From Balanoglossus misakiensis (Eukaryota; Animalia; Hemichordata): a DNA stretch of 64,000 nt. Each line of letters starts with the position of its first letter. Positions within the stretch are counted from its first letter, which is position 1. A program made the position numbers and the translations under genes. The DNA lies in assembly GCA_040954595.2 (NCBI GenBank), contig CM082591.2, positions 6,996,047-7,060,046 on the forward strand. The letters run 5' to 3'. Positions 11,001 to 26,000 of this stretch are shown here, in pieces. Below the pieces are notes generated by a model. It was not told where the DNA came from, did no database searches, and saw only the letters and a list, made by a program, of their open reading frames with translations.

Positions 11001-14000
11001 CCTCGACGTTGCGGAATATCAAAATTTCTTCATTTTTTAAAAAAAATCATGGGTTATAGCTCATGAAAATCGTCCAGAAATGACAATATCTCGACTTTGC
11101 GGAATATCAAAATTTCTTCATTTTTTTGAAAAAATCATGGATTATAGCTCATGAAAATCGTCCAGAAATGACACTTTTTCGAATCTGCGGAATATCAAAA
11201 TGTCTTCATTTTTTTGAAAAAATCATGGGTTATAGCTCATGAAAATCGTCCAGAAATGACAATTTTTCGACTTTGCGGAATATCAAAATGTCTTCATTTT
11301 TTTTGAAAAAATCATGGGTTTATAGCTCATGAAAATCGTCCAGAAATGACAATTTCTCGACTTTGCGGAATATCAAAAATTCTTCTTTTGTTTGAAAAAA
11401 TCATGGGTTATAGCTCATGAAAATCGTCCAGAAATGACGATTTTTCGACTTTGCGGAATATCAAAATTTCTTCATTTTTTTTAAAAAATCATGGGTTATA
11501 GCTCATGAAAATCGTCCAGAAATGACAATTTTTCGACTTTGCGGAATATCAAAATTTCTTCATTTGTTTGAAAAAAATCATGGGTTATAGCTCATGAAAA
11601 TCGTCAAGAAATGACAATTTCTCGACTTTGCGGAATATCAAAATTTCTTCATTTGTTTGAAAAAAATCATGGGTTATAGCTCATGAAAATCGTCCAGAAA
11701 TGACAATACCTCGACGTTGCGGAATATCAAAATTTCTTCATTTTTTTGAAAAAAGCATGGGTTATAGCTCATGAAAATCGTCCAGAAATGACAATATCTC
11801 GACTTTGCGGAATATCAAAATTTCTTCATTTTTTTGAAAAAATCATGGATTATAGCTCATGAAAATCGTCCAGAAATGACACTTTTTCGAATCTGCGGAA
11901 TATCAAAATGTCTTCATTTTTTTGAAAAAATCATGGTTTATAGCTCATGAAAATCGTCCAGAAATGACAATTTTTCGACTTTGCGGAATATAAAAATTTC
12001 TTCATTTTTTTAAAAAATCATGGGTTATAGCTCATGAAAATCGTCCAGAAATGACAATTTTTCGACTTTGCGGAATATCAAAATTTCTTCATTTGTTTGA
12101 AAAAAATCATGGGTTATAGCTCATGAAAATCGTCCAGAAATGACAATTTCTCGACTTTGCGGAATATCAAAATTTCTTCATTTGTTTGAAAAAAATCATG
12201 GGTTATAGCTCATGAAAATCGTCCAGAAATGACAATTTCTCGACTTTGCGAAATATCAAAATTTCTTCATTTGTTTGAAAAAATCATGGGTTATAGCTCA
12301 TGAAAATCGTCCAGAAATGACAATTTTTCGACTTTGCGGAATATCAAAATTTCTTCATTTGTTTGAAAAAATCATGGGTTATAGCTCATGAAAATCGTCC
12401 AGAAATGACGATTTTTCGACTTTGCGGAATATCAAAATTTCTTCATTTATTTTTTAAATCATGGGTTATAGCTCATGAAAATCGTCCAGAAATGACAATT
12501 TTTCGACTTTGCGGAATATCAAAATTTCTTCATTTTTTTGAAAAAATCATGGGTTATAGCTCATGAAAATCGTCCAGAAATGACAATTTTTCGACTTTGC
12601 GGAATATCAAAATTTCATCATTTTTTAGAAAAAATCATGGGTTATAGCTCATGAAAATCGTCCAGAAATGACAATTTTTCGACTTTGCGGAATATCAAAA
12701 TTTCTTCATTTGTTTGAAAAAATCATGGGTTATAGCTCATGAAAATCGTCCAGAAATGACAATTTTTCGACTTTGCGGAATATCAAAATTTCTTCATTTT
12801 TTTGAAAAAATAATGGGTTATAGCTCATGAAAATCGTCCAGAAATGACAATTTTTCGACTTTGCGGAATATCAAAATTTCTTCATTTTTTAGAAAAAATC
12901 ATGGGTTATAGCTCATGAAAATCGTCCAGAAATGACAATTTATCGACTTTGCGGAATATCAAAATTTCTTCATTTGTTTGAAAAAATCATGGGTTATAGC
13001 TCATGAAAATCGTCCAGAAATGACAATTTTTCGACTTTGCGGAATATCAAAATTTCTTCATTTGTTTGAAAAAATCATGGGTTATAGCTCATGAAAATCG
13101 TCCAGAAATGACGATTTTTCGACTTTGCGGAATATCAAAATTTCTTCATTTTTTTTCTAAATCATGGGTTATAGCTCATGAAAATCGTCCAGAAATGACG
13201 ATTTTCGACTTTGCGGAATATCAAAATTTCTTCATTTTTTAAAAAAAATCATGGGTTATAGCTCATGAAAATCGTCCAGAAATGACAATTTTTCGACTTT
13301 GCGGAATATCAAAATTTCTTCATTTGTTTGAAAAAAATCATGGGTTATAGCTCATGAAAATCGTCCAGAAATGACAATTTCTCGACTTTGCTGAATATCA
13401 AAATTTCTTCATTTGTTTGAAAAAAATCATGGGTTATAGCTCATGAAAATCGTCCAGAAATGAAAATGTCTCGACTTTGCGAAATATCAAAATTTCTTCA
13501 TTTGTTTGAAAAAATCATGGGTTATAGCTCATGAAAATCGTCCAGAAATGACAATTTTTCGACTTTGCGGAATATCAAAATTTCTTCATTTGTTTGAAAA
13601 ATTCATGGGTTATAGCTCATGAAAATCGTCCAGAAATGACGATTTTTCGACTTTGCGGAATATCAAAATTTCTTCATTTTTTTTTAAAATCATGGGTTAT
13701 AGCTCATGAAAATCGTCCAGAAATGACAATTTTTCGACTTTGCGGAATATCAAAATTTCTTCATTTTTTTGAAAAAATCATGGGTTATAGCTCATGAAAA
13801 TCGTCCAGAAATGACAATTTTTCGACTTTGCGGAATATCAGAATTTCTTCATTTTTTAGAAAAAATCATGGGTTATAGCTCATGAAAATCGTCCAGAAAT
13901 GACAATTTTTCGACTTTGCGGAATATCAAAATTTCTTCATTTTTCTGAAAAAATCATGGGTTATAGCTCATGAAAATCGTCCAGAAATGACAATTTTTCG

Positions 14001-17000
14001 ACTTTGCGGAATATCAAAATTTCTTCATTTTTTTGAAAAAATCATGGGTTATAGCTCATGAAAATCGTCCAGAAATGATAATTTTTCGACTTTGCGGAAT
14101 ATCAAAATTTCTTCATTTTTTAGAAAAAATCATGGGTTATAGCTCATGAAAATCGTCCAGAATGACAATTTATCGACTTTGCGGAATATCAAAATTTCTT
14201 CATTTGTTTGAAAAAAATCATGGGTTATAGCTCATGAAAATCGTCCAGAAATGAAAATGTCTCGACTTTGCGAAATATCAAAATTTCTTCATTTGTTTGA
14301 AAAAATCATGGGTTATAGCTCATGAAAATCGTCCAGAAATGACAATTTTTCGACTTTGCGGAATATCAAAATTTCTTCATTTGTTTGAAAAATTCATGGG
14401 TTATAGCTCATGAAAATCGTCCAGAAATGACGATTTTTCGACTTTGCGGAATATCAAAATTTCTTCATTTTTTTTTTAAATCATGGGTTATAGCTCATGA
14501 AAATCGTCCAGAAATGACAATTTTTCGACTTTGCGGAATATCAAAATTTCTTCATTTTTTTGAAAAAATCATGGGTTATAGCTCATGAAAATCGTCCAGA
14601 AATGACAATTTTTCGACTTTGCGGAATATCAGAATTTCTTCATTTTTTAGAAAAAATCATGGGTTATAGCTCATGAAAATCGTCCAGAAATGACAATTTT
14701 TCGACTTTGCGGAATATCAAAATTTCTTCATTTTTCTGAAAAAATCATGGGTTATAGCTCATGAAAATCGTCCAGAAATGACAATTTTTCGACTTTGCGG
14801 AATATCAAAATTTCTTCATTTTTTTGAAAAAATCATGGGTTATAGCTCATGAAAATCGTCCAGAAATGATAATTTTTCGACTTTGCGGAATATCAAAATT
14901 TCTTCATTTTTTAGAAAAAATCATGGGTTATAGCTCATGAAAATCGTCCAGAATGACAATTTATCGACTTTGCGGAATATCAAAATTTCTTCATTTGTTT
15001 GAAAAAAATCATGGGTTATAGCTCATGAAAATCGTCCAGAAATGACAATTTCTCGACTTTGCGAAATATCAAAATTTCTTCATTTGTTTGAAAAAATCAT
15101 GGGTTATAGCTCATGAAAATCGTCCAGAAATGACAATTTTTCGACTTTGCGGAATATCAAAATTTCTTCATTTGTTTGAAAAAAATCATGGGTTATAGCT
15201 CATGAAAATCGTCCAGAAATGAAAATTTCTCGACTTTGCGAAATATCAAAATTTCTTCATTTGTTTGAAAAAATCATGGGTTATAGCTCATGAAAATCGT
15301 CCAGAAATGACAATTTTTCGACTTTGCGGAATATCAAAATTTCTTCATTTGTTTGAAAAAATCATGGGTTATAGCTCATGAAAATCGTCCAGAAATGACG
15401 ATTTTTCGACTTTGCGGAATATCAAAATTTCTTCATTTTTTTTAAAATCATGGGTTATAGCTCATGAAAATCGTCCAGAAATGACAATTTTTCGACTTTG
15501 CGGAATATCAAAATTTCTTCATTTTTTTGAAAAAATCATGGGTTATAGCTCATGAAAATAGTCCAGAAATGACAATTTTTCGACTTTGCGGAATAAGCTC
15601 ATGAAAATCGTCCAGAAATGACAATTTTTCGACTTTGCGGAATATCAAAATTTCTTCATTTGTTTGAAAAAATCATGGGTTATAGCTCATGAAAATCGTC
15701 CAGAAATGACAATTTTTCGACTTTGCGGAATATCAAAATTTCTTCATTTGTTTGAAAAAATCATGGGTTATAGCTCATGAAAATCGTCCAGAAATGACGA
15801 TTTTTCGACTTTGCGGAATATCAAAATTTCTTCATTTTTTTTCTAAATCATGGGTTATAGCTCATGAAAATCGTCCAGAAATGACGATTTTTCGACTTTG
15901 CGGAATATCAAAATTTCTTCATTTTTTTTAAAAAATCATGGGTTATAGCTCATGAAAATCGTCCAGAAATGACAATTTTTCGACTTTGCGGAATATCAAA
16001 ATTTCTTCATTTTTTAGAAAAAATCATGGGTTATAGCTCATGAAAATCGTCCAGAAATGACAATTTCTCGACTTTGCGGAATATCAAAATTTCTTCATTT
16101 GTTTGAAAAAAATCATGGGTTATAGCTCATGAAAATCGTCCAGAAATGACAATTTATCGACTTTGCGGAATATCAAAATTTCTTCATTTGTTTGAAAAAA
16201 ATCATGGGTTATAGCTCATGAAAATCGTCCAGAAATGACAATTTCTCGACTTTGCGAAATATCAAAATTTCTTCATTTGTTTGAAAAAATCATGGGTTAT
16301 AGCTCATGAAAATCGTCCAGAAATGACAATTTTTCGACTTTGCGGAATATCAAAATTTCTTCATTTGTTTGAAAAAATCATGGGTTATAGATCATGAAAA
16401 TCGTCCAGAAATGACAATTTTTCGACTTTGCGGAATATCAAAATGTCTTCATTTTTTTGAAAAAATCATGGGTTATAGCTCATGAAAATCGTCCAGAAAT
16501 GACGATTTTTCGACTTTGCGGAATATCAAAATTTCTTCATTTGTTTGAAAAAATCATGAAAATCGTCCAGAAATGACAATTTTTCGACTTTGCGGAATAT
16601 CAAAATTTCTTCATTTGTTTGAAAAAATCATGGGTTATAGCTCATGAAAATCGTCCAGAAATGACGATTTTTCGACTTTGCGGAATATCAAAATTTCTTC
16701 ATTTGTTTGAAAAAATCATGGGTTATAGCTCATGAAAATCGTCCAGAAATGACAATTTTTCGACTTTGCGGAATATCAAAATTTCTTCATTTTTTAGATA
16801 AAATCATGGGTTATAGCTCATGAAAATCGTCCAGAAATGACAATTTTTCGACTTTGCGGAATATCAAAATTTCTTCATTTGTTTGAAAAAATCATGGGTT
16901 ATAGCTCATGAAAATCGTCCAGAAATGACAATTTTTCGACTTTGCGGAATATCAAAATTTTTTCATTTTTTAGAAAAAATCATGGGTTATAGCTCATGAA

Positions 17001-20000
17001 AATCGTCCAGAAATGAAAATTTATCGACTTTGCGGAATATCAAAATTTCTTCATTTGTTTGAAAAAATCATGGGTTATAGCTCATGAAAATCGTCCAGAA
17101 ATGACAATTTTTCGACTTTGCGGAATATCAAAATTTCTTCATTTGTTTGAAAAAATCATGGGTTATAGCTCATGAAAATCGTCCAGAAATGACGATTTTT
17201 CGACTTTGCGGAATATCAAAATTTCTTCATTTTTTTTCTAAATCATGGGTTATAGCTCATGAAAATCGTCCAGAAATGACGATTTTTCGTCTTTGCGGAA
17301 TATCAAAATTTCTTCATTTTTTTTAAAAAATCATGGGTTATAGCTCATGAAAATCGTCCAGAAATGACAATTTTTCGACTTTGCGGAATATCAAAATTTC
17401 TTCATTTTTTAGAAAAAATCATGGGTTATAGCTCATGAAAATCGTCCAGAAATGACAATTTCTCGACTTTGCGGAATATCAAAATTTCTTCATTTGTTTG
17501 AAAAAAATCATGGGTTATAGCTCATGAAAATCGTCCAGAAATGACAATTTATCGACTTTGCGGAATATCAAAATTTCTTCATTTGTTTGAAAAAAATCAT
17601 GGGTTATAGCTCATGAAAATCGTCCAGAAATGACAATTTCTCGACTTTGCGAAATATCAAAATTTCTTCATTTGTTTGAAAAAATCATGGGTTATAGCTC
17701 ATGAAAATCGTCCAGAAATGACGATTTTTCGACTTTGCGGAATATCAAAATTTCTTCATTTGTTTGAAAAAATCATGAAAATCGTCCAGAAATGACAATT
17801 TTTCGACTTTGCGGAATATCAAAATTTCTTCATTTGTTTGAAAAAATCATGGGTTATAGCTCATGAAAATCGTCCAGAAATGACGATTTTTCGACTTTGC
17901 GGAATATCAAAATTTCTTCATTTTTTTTTTTTAAATCATGGGTTATAGCTCATGAAAATCATCCAGAAATGACAATTTTTCGACTTTGCGGTATATCAAA
18001 ATTTCTTCATTTGTTTTTTTAAAAATCATTGGTTATAGCTCATGAAAATCATCCAGAAATGACAATTTTTCGACATTGCGAAATATGAAAATTTCTTTAT
18101 TTTTTTGAAAAAATCATGGGTTATAGCTCATGAAAATCGTCCAGAAATGACAATTTTTCGACTTTGCGGAATATCAAAATTTCTTCATTTTTTTGAAAAA
18201 ATCATGGGTTATAGCTCATGAAAATCGTCCAGAAATGACAATTTTTCGACTTTGCGGAATATCAAAATTTCTTCATTTTTTTGAAAAAATCATGGGTTAT
18301 AGCTCATGAAAATCGTCCAGAAATGACAATTTCTCGACTTTGCGGAATATCAAAATTTCTTCATTTGTTTGAAAAAAATCATGGGTTATAGCTCATGAAA
18401 ATCGTCCAGAAATGACAATTTATCGACTTTGCGGAATATCAAAATTTCTTCATTTGTTTGAAAAAAATCATGGGTTATAGCTCATGAAAATCGTCCAGAA
18501 ATGACAATTTCTCGACTTTGCGAAATATCAAAATTTCTTCATTTGTTTGAAAAAATAATGGGTTATAGCTCATGAAAATCGTCCAGAAATGACAATTTTT
18601 CGACTTTGCGGAATATCAAAATTTCTTCATTTGTTTGAAAAAATCATGGGTTATAGCTCATGAAAATCATCCAGAAATGACGATTTTTCGACTTTGCGGA
18701 ATATCAAAATTTCTTCATTTTTTTTTTAAATCATGGGTTATAGCTCATGAAAATCGTCCAGAAATGACAATTTTTCGACTTTGCGGAATATCAAAATTTC
18801 TTCATTTTTTAGAAAAAATCATGGGTTATAGCTCATGAAAATCGTCCAGAAATGACAATTTCTCGACTTTGCGGAATATCAAAAATTCTTCTTTTGTTTG
18901 AAAAAATCATGGGTTATAGCTCATGAAAATCGTCCAGAAATGACAATTTCTCGACTTTGCGTAATATCAACATTTCTTCATTTGTTTGAAAAAATCATGG
19001 GTTATAGCTCATGAAAATCGTCCAGAAATGTCAATTTCTCGACTTTGCGAAATATCAAAATTTCTTCATTTGTTTAAAAAAATCATGGGTTATATCTCAT
19101 GAAAATCGTCCTTAAATGACAATTTCTCGACTTTGCGAAATATCAAAATTTCTTTATTTGTTTGACAAAATCATGGGTTATAGCTCATGAAAATCGTCCA
19201 GAAATGACAATTTTTCGACTTTGCGAAGTATAAAAATGTCTTCATTTTTTTGAAACAATCATGGGTTATAGCTCATGAAAATCGTCCAGAAATGACAATT
19301 TCTCGACTTTGCGGAATATCAAAAATTCTTCTTTTGTTTGAAAAAATCATGGGTTATAGCTCATGAAAATCGTCCAGAAATGACAATTTCTCGACTTTGC
19401 GTAATATCAACATTTCTTCATTTGTTTGAAAAAATCATGGGTTATATCTCATGAAAATCGTCCTTAAATGACAATTTCTCGACTTTGCGAAATATCAAAA
19501 TTTCTTTATTTGTTTGAAAAAATCATGGGTTATAGCTCATGAAAATCGTCCAGAAATGACAATTTCTCGACTTTGCGAAATATCAAAATTTCTTCATTTG
19601 TTTGAAAAAATCATGGGTTATAGCTCATGAAAATCGTCCAGAAATGTCAATTTCTCGACTTTGCGAAATATCAAAATTTCTTTATTTGTTTGAAAAAATC
19701 ATGGGTTATAGCTCATGAAAATCGTCCAGAAATGACAATTTCTCGACTTTGCGAAATATCAAAATTTCTTCATTTGTTTGAAAAAATCATGGGTTATAGC
19801 TCATGAAAATCGTCCAGAAATGACAATTTCTCGACTTTGCGAAATATCAAAATTTCTTTATTTGTTTGAAAAAATCATGGGTTATAGCTCATGAAAATCG
19901 TCCAGAAATGTCAATTTCTCGACTTTGCGAAATATCAAAATTTCTTCATTTGTTTAAAAAAATCATGGGTTATATCTCATGAAAATCGTCCTTAAATGAC

Positions 20001-23000
20001 AATTTCTCGACTTTGCGAAATATCAAAATTTCTTTATTTGTTTGAAAAAATCATGGGTTATAGCTCATGAAAATCGTCCAGAAATGACAATTTTTCGACT
20101 TTGCGAAATATCAAAATTTCTTCATTTTTTTGAAAAAATCATGGGTTATAGCTCATGAAAATCGTCCAGAAATGACAATTTCTCGACTTTGCGGAATATC
20201 AAAAATTCTTCCTTTGTTTGAAAAAATCACGGGTTATTGTTCATGAAAATCGTCCAGAAATGACAATTTCTCGACTTTGCGAAATATCAACATTTCTTCA
20301 TTTTTTTGAAAAAATCATGGGTTATAGCTCATGAAAATCGTCCAGAAATGACGATTTTTTGACTTTGCGAAATATCAAAATTTCTTAATTTTTTTGAAAA
20401 AATCATGAGTTATAGCTCATGAAAATCGTCCAGAAATGACAATTTCTCGACTTTGCGTAATATCAACATTTCTTCATTTGTTTGAAAAAATCATGGGTTA
20501 TAGCTCATGAAAATCGTCCAGAAATGACAATTTCTCGACTTTGCGGAATATCAAAATTTCTTCATTTGTTTGAAAAAAATCATGGGTTATAGCTCATGAA
20601 AATCGTCCAGAAATGACAATTTCTCGACTTTGCGGAATATCAAAAATTCTTCTTTTGTTTGAAAAAATCATGGGTTATAGCTCATGAAAATCGTCCAGAA
20701 ATGACAATTTCTCGACTTTGCGTAATATCAACATTTCTTCATTTGTTTGAAAAAATCATGGGTTATATCTCATGAAAATCGTCCTTAAATGACAATTTCT
20801 CGACTTTGCGAAATATCAAAATTTCTTTATTTGTTTGAAAAAATCATGGGTTATAGCTCATGAAAATCGTCCAGAAATGACAATTTCTCGACTTTGCGAA
20901 ATATCAAAATTTCTTCATTTGTTTGAAAAAATCATGGGTTATAGCTCATGAAAATCGTCCAGAAATGTCAATTTCTCGACTTTGCGAAATATCAAAATTT
21001 CTTTATTTGTTTGAAAAAATCATGGGTTATAGCTCATGAAAATCGTCCAGAAATGACAATTTCTCGACTTTGCGAAATATCAAAATTTCTTCATTTGTTT
21101 GAAAAAATCATGGGTTATAGCTCATGAAAATCGTCCAGAAATGACAATTTCTCGACTTTGCGAAATATCAAAATTTCTTTATTTGTTTGAAAAACTCATG
21201 GGTTATAGCTCATGAAAATCGTCCAGAAATGTCAATTTCTCGACTTTGCGAAATATCAAAATTTCTTCATTTGTTTAAAAAAATCATGGGTTATATCTCA
21301 TGAAAATCGTCCTTAAATGACAATTTCTCGACTTTGCGAAATATCAAAATTTCTTTATTTGTTTGAAAAAATCATGGGTTATAGCTCATGAAAATCGTCC
21401 AGAAATGACAATTTTTCGACTTTGCGAAATATCAAAATTTCTTCATTTTTTTGAAAAAATCATGGGTTATAGCTCATGAAAATCGTCCAGAAATGACAAT
21501 TTCTCGACTTTGCGGAATATCAAAAATTCTTCCTTTGTTTGAAAAAATCACGGGTTATTGTTCATGAAAATCGTCCAGAAATGACAATTTCTCGACTTTG
21601 CGAAATATCAACATTTCTTCATTTTTTTGAAAAAATCATGGGTTATAGCTCATGAAAATCGTCCAGAAATGACGATTTTTTGACTTTGCGAAATATCAAA
21701 ATTTCTTAATTTTTTTGAAAAAATCATGAGTTATAGCTCATGAAAATCGTCCAGAAATGACAATTTCTCGACTTTGCGTAATATCAACATTTCTTCATTT
21801 GTTTGAAAAAATCATGGGTTATAGCTCATGAAAATCGTCCAGAAATGACAATTTCTCGACTTTGCGGAATATCAAAATTTCTTCATTTGTTTGAAAAAAA
21901 TCATGGGTTATAGCTCATGAAAATCGTTCAGAAATGACAATTTCTCGACTTTGCGAAATATCAAAATTTCTTCATTTGTTTGAAAAAATCATGGGTTATA
22001 GCTCATGAAAATCGTCCAGAAATGACAATTTTTCGACTTTGCGAAATATCAAAATTTCTTCATTTTTTTGAAAAAATCATGGGTTATAGCTCATGAAAAT
22101 CGTCCAGAAATGACAATTTCTCGGCTTTGCGGAATATCAAAATTTCTTCATTTTTTGTTTTAAATCATAGGTTATAACTCATGAAAATCGTCCAGAAATG
22201 ACTATTTTTCGACTTTGCGGAATATCAAAATGTCTTCATTTGTTTGAAAAAATCATGGTTTATAGCTCATGAAAATCGTCCAGAAATGACAATTTCTCGA
22301 CTTTGCGAAATGTCCAAATGTCTTCATTTGTTTGAAAAAATCATGAGTTATAGCTCATGAAAATCGTCCAGAAATGACAATTTCTCGACTTTGCGAAATA
22401 TCAAAATTTCTTAATTTTTTTGAAAAAATCATGAGTTATAGCTCATGAAAATCGTCCAGAAATGACAATTTCTCGACTTTGCGTAATATCAACATTTCTT
22501 CATTTGTTTGAAAAAAATCATGGGTTATAGCTCATGAAAATCGTCCAGAAATGACAATTTCTCGACTTTGTGGAATATCAAAATTTCTTCATTTGTTTGA
22601 AAAAAATCATGGGTTATGGCTCATGAAAATCGTCCAGAAATGACAATTTCTCGACTTTGCGGAACATCAAAATTTCTTCATTTGTTTGAAAAAATCATGG
22701 GTTATAGCTCATGAAAATCGTTCAGAAATGACAATTTCTCGACTTTGCGAAATATCAAAATTTCTTCATTTGTTTGAAAAAATCATGGGTTATAGCTCAT
22801 GAAAATCGTCCAGAAATGACAATTTTTCGACTTTGCGGAACGTCAAAATTTCTTCATTTGTTTGAAAAAATCATGGGTTATAGCTCATGAAAATCGTCCA
22901 GAAATGACGATTTTTCGACTTTGCGGAATATCAAAATGTCTTCATTTTTTTTTTTTAAATCATAGGTTATAACTCATGAAAATCGTCCAGAAATGACAAT

Positions 23001-26000
23001 TTTTCGACTTTGCGGAATATCAAAATTTCTTCATTTGTTTGAAAAAATCATGGGTTATAGCTCATGAAAATCGTCCAGAAATGACGATTTTTTGACTTTG
23101 CGGAATATCAAAATTTCTTCATTTTTTGTTTTAAATCATAGGTTATAACTCATGAAAATCGTCCAGAAATGACAATTTTTCGACTTTGCGGAATATCAAA
23201 ATGTCTTCATTTGTTTGAAAAAATCATGAGTTATAGCTCATGAAAATCGTTCAGAAATGACAATTTCTCGACTTTGCGAAATATCAAAATTTCTTCATTT
23301 GTTTGAAAAAATCATGGGTTATAGCTCATGAAAATCGTCCAGAAATGACAATTTTTCGACTTTGCGGAACGTCAAAATTTCTTCATTTGTTTGAAAAAAT
23401 CATGGGTTATAGCTCATGAAAATCGTCCAGAAATGACGATTTTTCGACTTTGCGGAACGTCAAAATTTCTTCATTTGTTTGAAAAAATCATGGGTTATAG
23501 CTCATGAAAATCGTCCAGAAATGACAATTTCTCGACTTTGCGAAATATCAACATTTCTTCATTTGTTTGAAAAAATCATGGGTTATAGATCATGAAAATC
23601 GTCCAGAAATGACAATTTTTCGACTTTGCGGAATATCAAAATGTCTTCATTTTTTTGAAAAAATCATGGGTTATAGCTCATGAAAATCGTCCAGAAATGA
23701 CGATTTTTTGACTTTGCGAAATATCAAAATTTCTTAATTTTTTTGAAAAAATCATGAGTTATAGCTCATGAAAATCGTCCAGAAATGACAATTTCTCGAC
23801 TTTGCGTAATATCAACATTTCTTCATTTGTTTGAAAAAATCATGGGTTATAGCTCATGAAAATCGTCCAGAAATGACAATTTCTCGACTTTGCGGAATAT
23901 CAAAATTTCTTCATTTGTTTGAAAAAAATCATGGGTTATAGCTCATGAAAATCGTTCAGAAATGACAATTTCTCGACTTTGCGAAATATCAAAATTTCTT
24001 CATTTGTTTGAAAAAATCATGGGTTATAGCTCATGAAAATCGTCCAGAAATGACAATTTTTCGACTTTGCGAAATATCAAAATTTCTTCATTTTTTTGAA
24101 AAAATCATGGGTTATAGCTCATGAAAATCGTCCAGAAATGACAATTTCTCGGCTTTGCGGAATATCAAAATTTCTTCATTTTTTGTTTTAAATCATAGGT
24201 TATAACTCATGAAAATCGTCCAGAAATGACTATTTTTCGACTTTGCGGAATATCAAAATGTCTTCATTTGTTTGAAAAAATCATGGTTTATAGCTCATGA
24301 AAATCGTCCAGAAATGACAATTTCTCGACTTTGCGAAATGTCCAAATGTCTTCATTTGTTTGAAAAAATCATGAGTTATAGCTCATGAAAATCGTCCAGA
24401 AATGACAATTTCTCGACTTTGCGAAATATTAAAATTTCTTAATTTTTTTGAAAAAATCATGAGTTATAGCTCATGAAAATCGTCCAGAAATGACAATTTC
24501 TCGACTTTGCGTAATATCAACATTTCTTCATTTGTTTGAAAAAATCATGGGTTATAGCTCATGAAAATCGTCCAGAAATGACAATTTCTCGACTTTGTGG
24601 AATATCAAAATTTCTTCATTTGTTTGAAAAAAATCATGGGTTATGGCTCATGAAAATCGTCCAGAAATGACAATTTCTCGACTTTGCGGAACATCAAAAT
24701 TTCTTCATTTGTTTGAAAAAATCATGGGTTATAGCTCATGAAAATCGTTCAGAAATGACAATTTCTCGACTTTGCGAAATATCAAAATTTCTTCATTTGT
24801 TTGAAAAAATCATGGGTTATAGCTCATGAAAATCGTCCAGAAATGACAATTTTTCGACTTTGCGGAACGTCAAAATTTCTTCATTTGTTTGAAAAAATCA
24901 TGGGTTATAGCTCATGAAAATCGTCCAGAAATGACGATTTTTCGACTTTGCGGAATATCAAAATTTCTTCATTTTTTTTTTTAAATCATAGGTTATAACT
25001 CATGAAAATCGTCCAGAAATGACAATTTTTCGACTTTGCGGAATATCAAAATTTCTTCATTTGTTTGAAAAAATCATGGGTTATAGCTCATGAAAATCGT
25101 CCAGAAATGACGATTTTTTGACTTTGCGGAATATCAAAATTTCTTCATTTTTTGTTTTAAATCATAGGTTATAACTCATGAAAATCGTCCAGAAATGACA
25201 ATTTTTCGACTTTGCGGAATATCAAAATGTCTTCATTTGTTTGAAAAAATCATGAGTTATAGCTCATGAAAATCGTTCAGAAATGACAATTTCTCGACTT
25301 TGCGAAATATCAAAATTTCTTCATTTGTTTGAAAAAATCATGGGTTATAGCTCATGAAAATCGTCCAGAAATGACAATTTTTCGACTTTGCGGAACGTCA
25401 AAATTTCTTCATTTGTTTGAAAAAATCATGGGTTATAGCTCATGAAAATCGTCCAGAAATGACGATTTTTCGACTTTGCGGAATATCAAAATTTCTTCAT
25501 TTTTTTTTTAAAATCATAGGTTATAACTCATGAAAATCGTCCAGAAATGACAATTTTTCGACTTTGCGGAATATCAAAATTTCTTCATTTGTTTGAAAAA
25601 ATCATGGGTTATAGCTCATGAAAATCGTCCAGAAATGACGATTTTTTGACTTTGCGGAATATCAAAATTTCTTCATTTTTTGTTTTAAATCATAGGTTAT
25701 AACTCATGAAAATCGTCCAGAAATGACAATTTTTCGACTTTGCGGAATATCAAAATGTCTTCATTTGTTTGAAAAAATCATGAGTTATAGCTCATGAAAA
25801 TCGTCCAGAAATGACAATTTCTCGACTTTGCGAAATATCAAAATTTCTTAATTTTTTTGAAAAAATCATGAGTTATAGCTCATGAAAATCGTCCGGAAAT
25901 GACAATTTCTCGACTTTGCGTAATATCAACATTTCTTCATTTGTTTGAAAAAATCATGGGTTATAGCTCATGAAAATCGTCCAGAAATGACAATTTCTCG

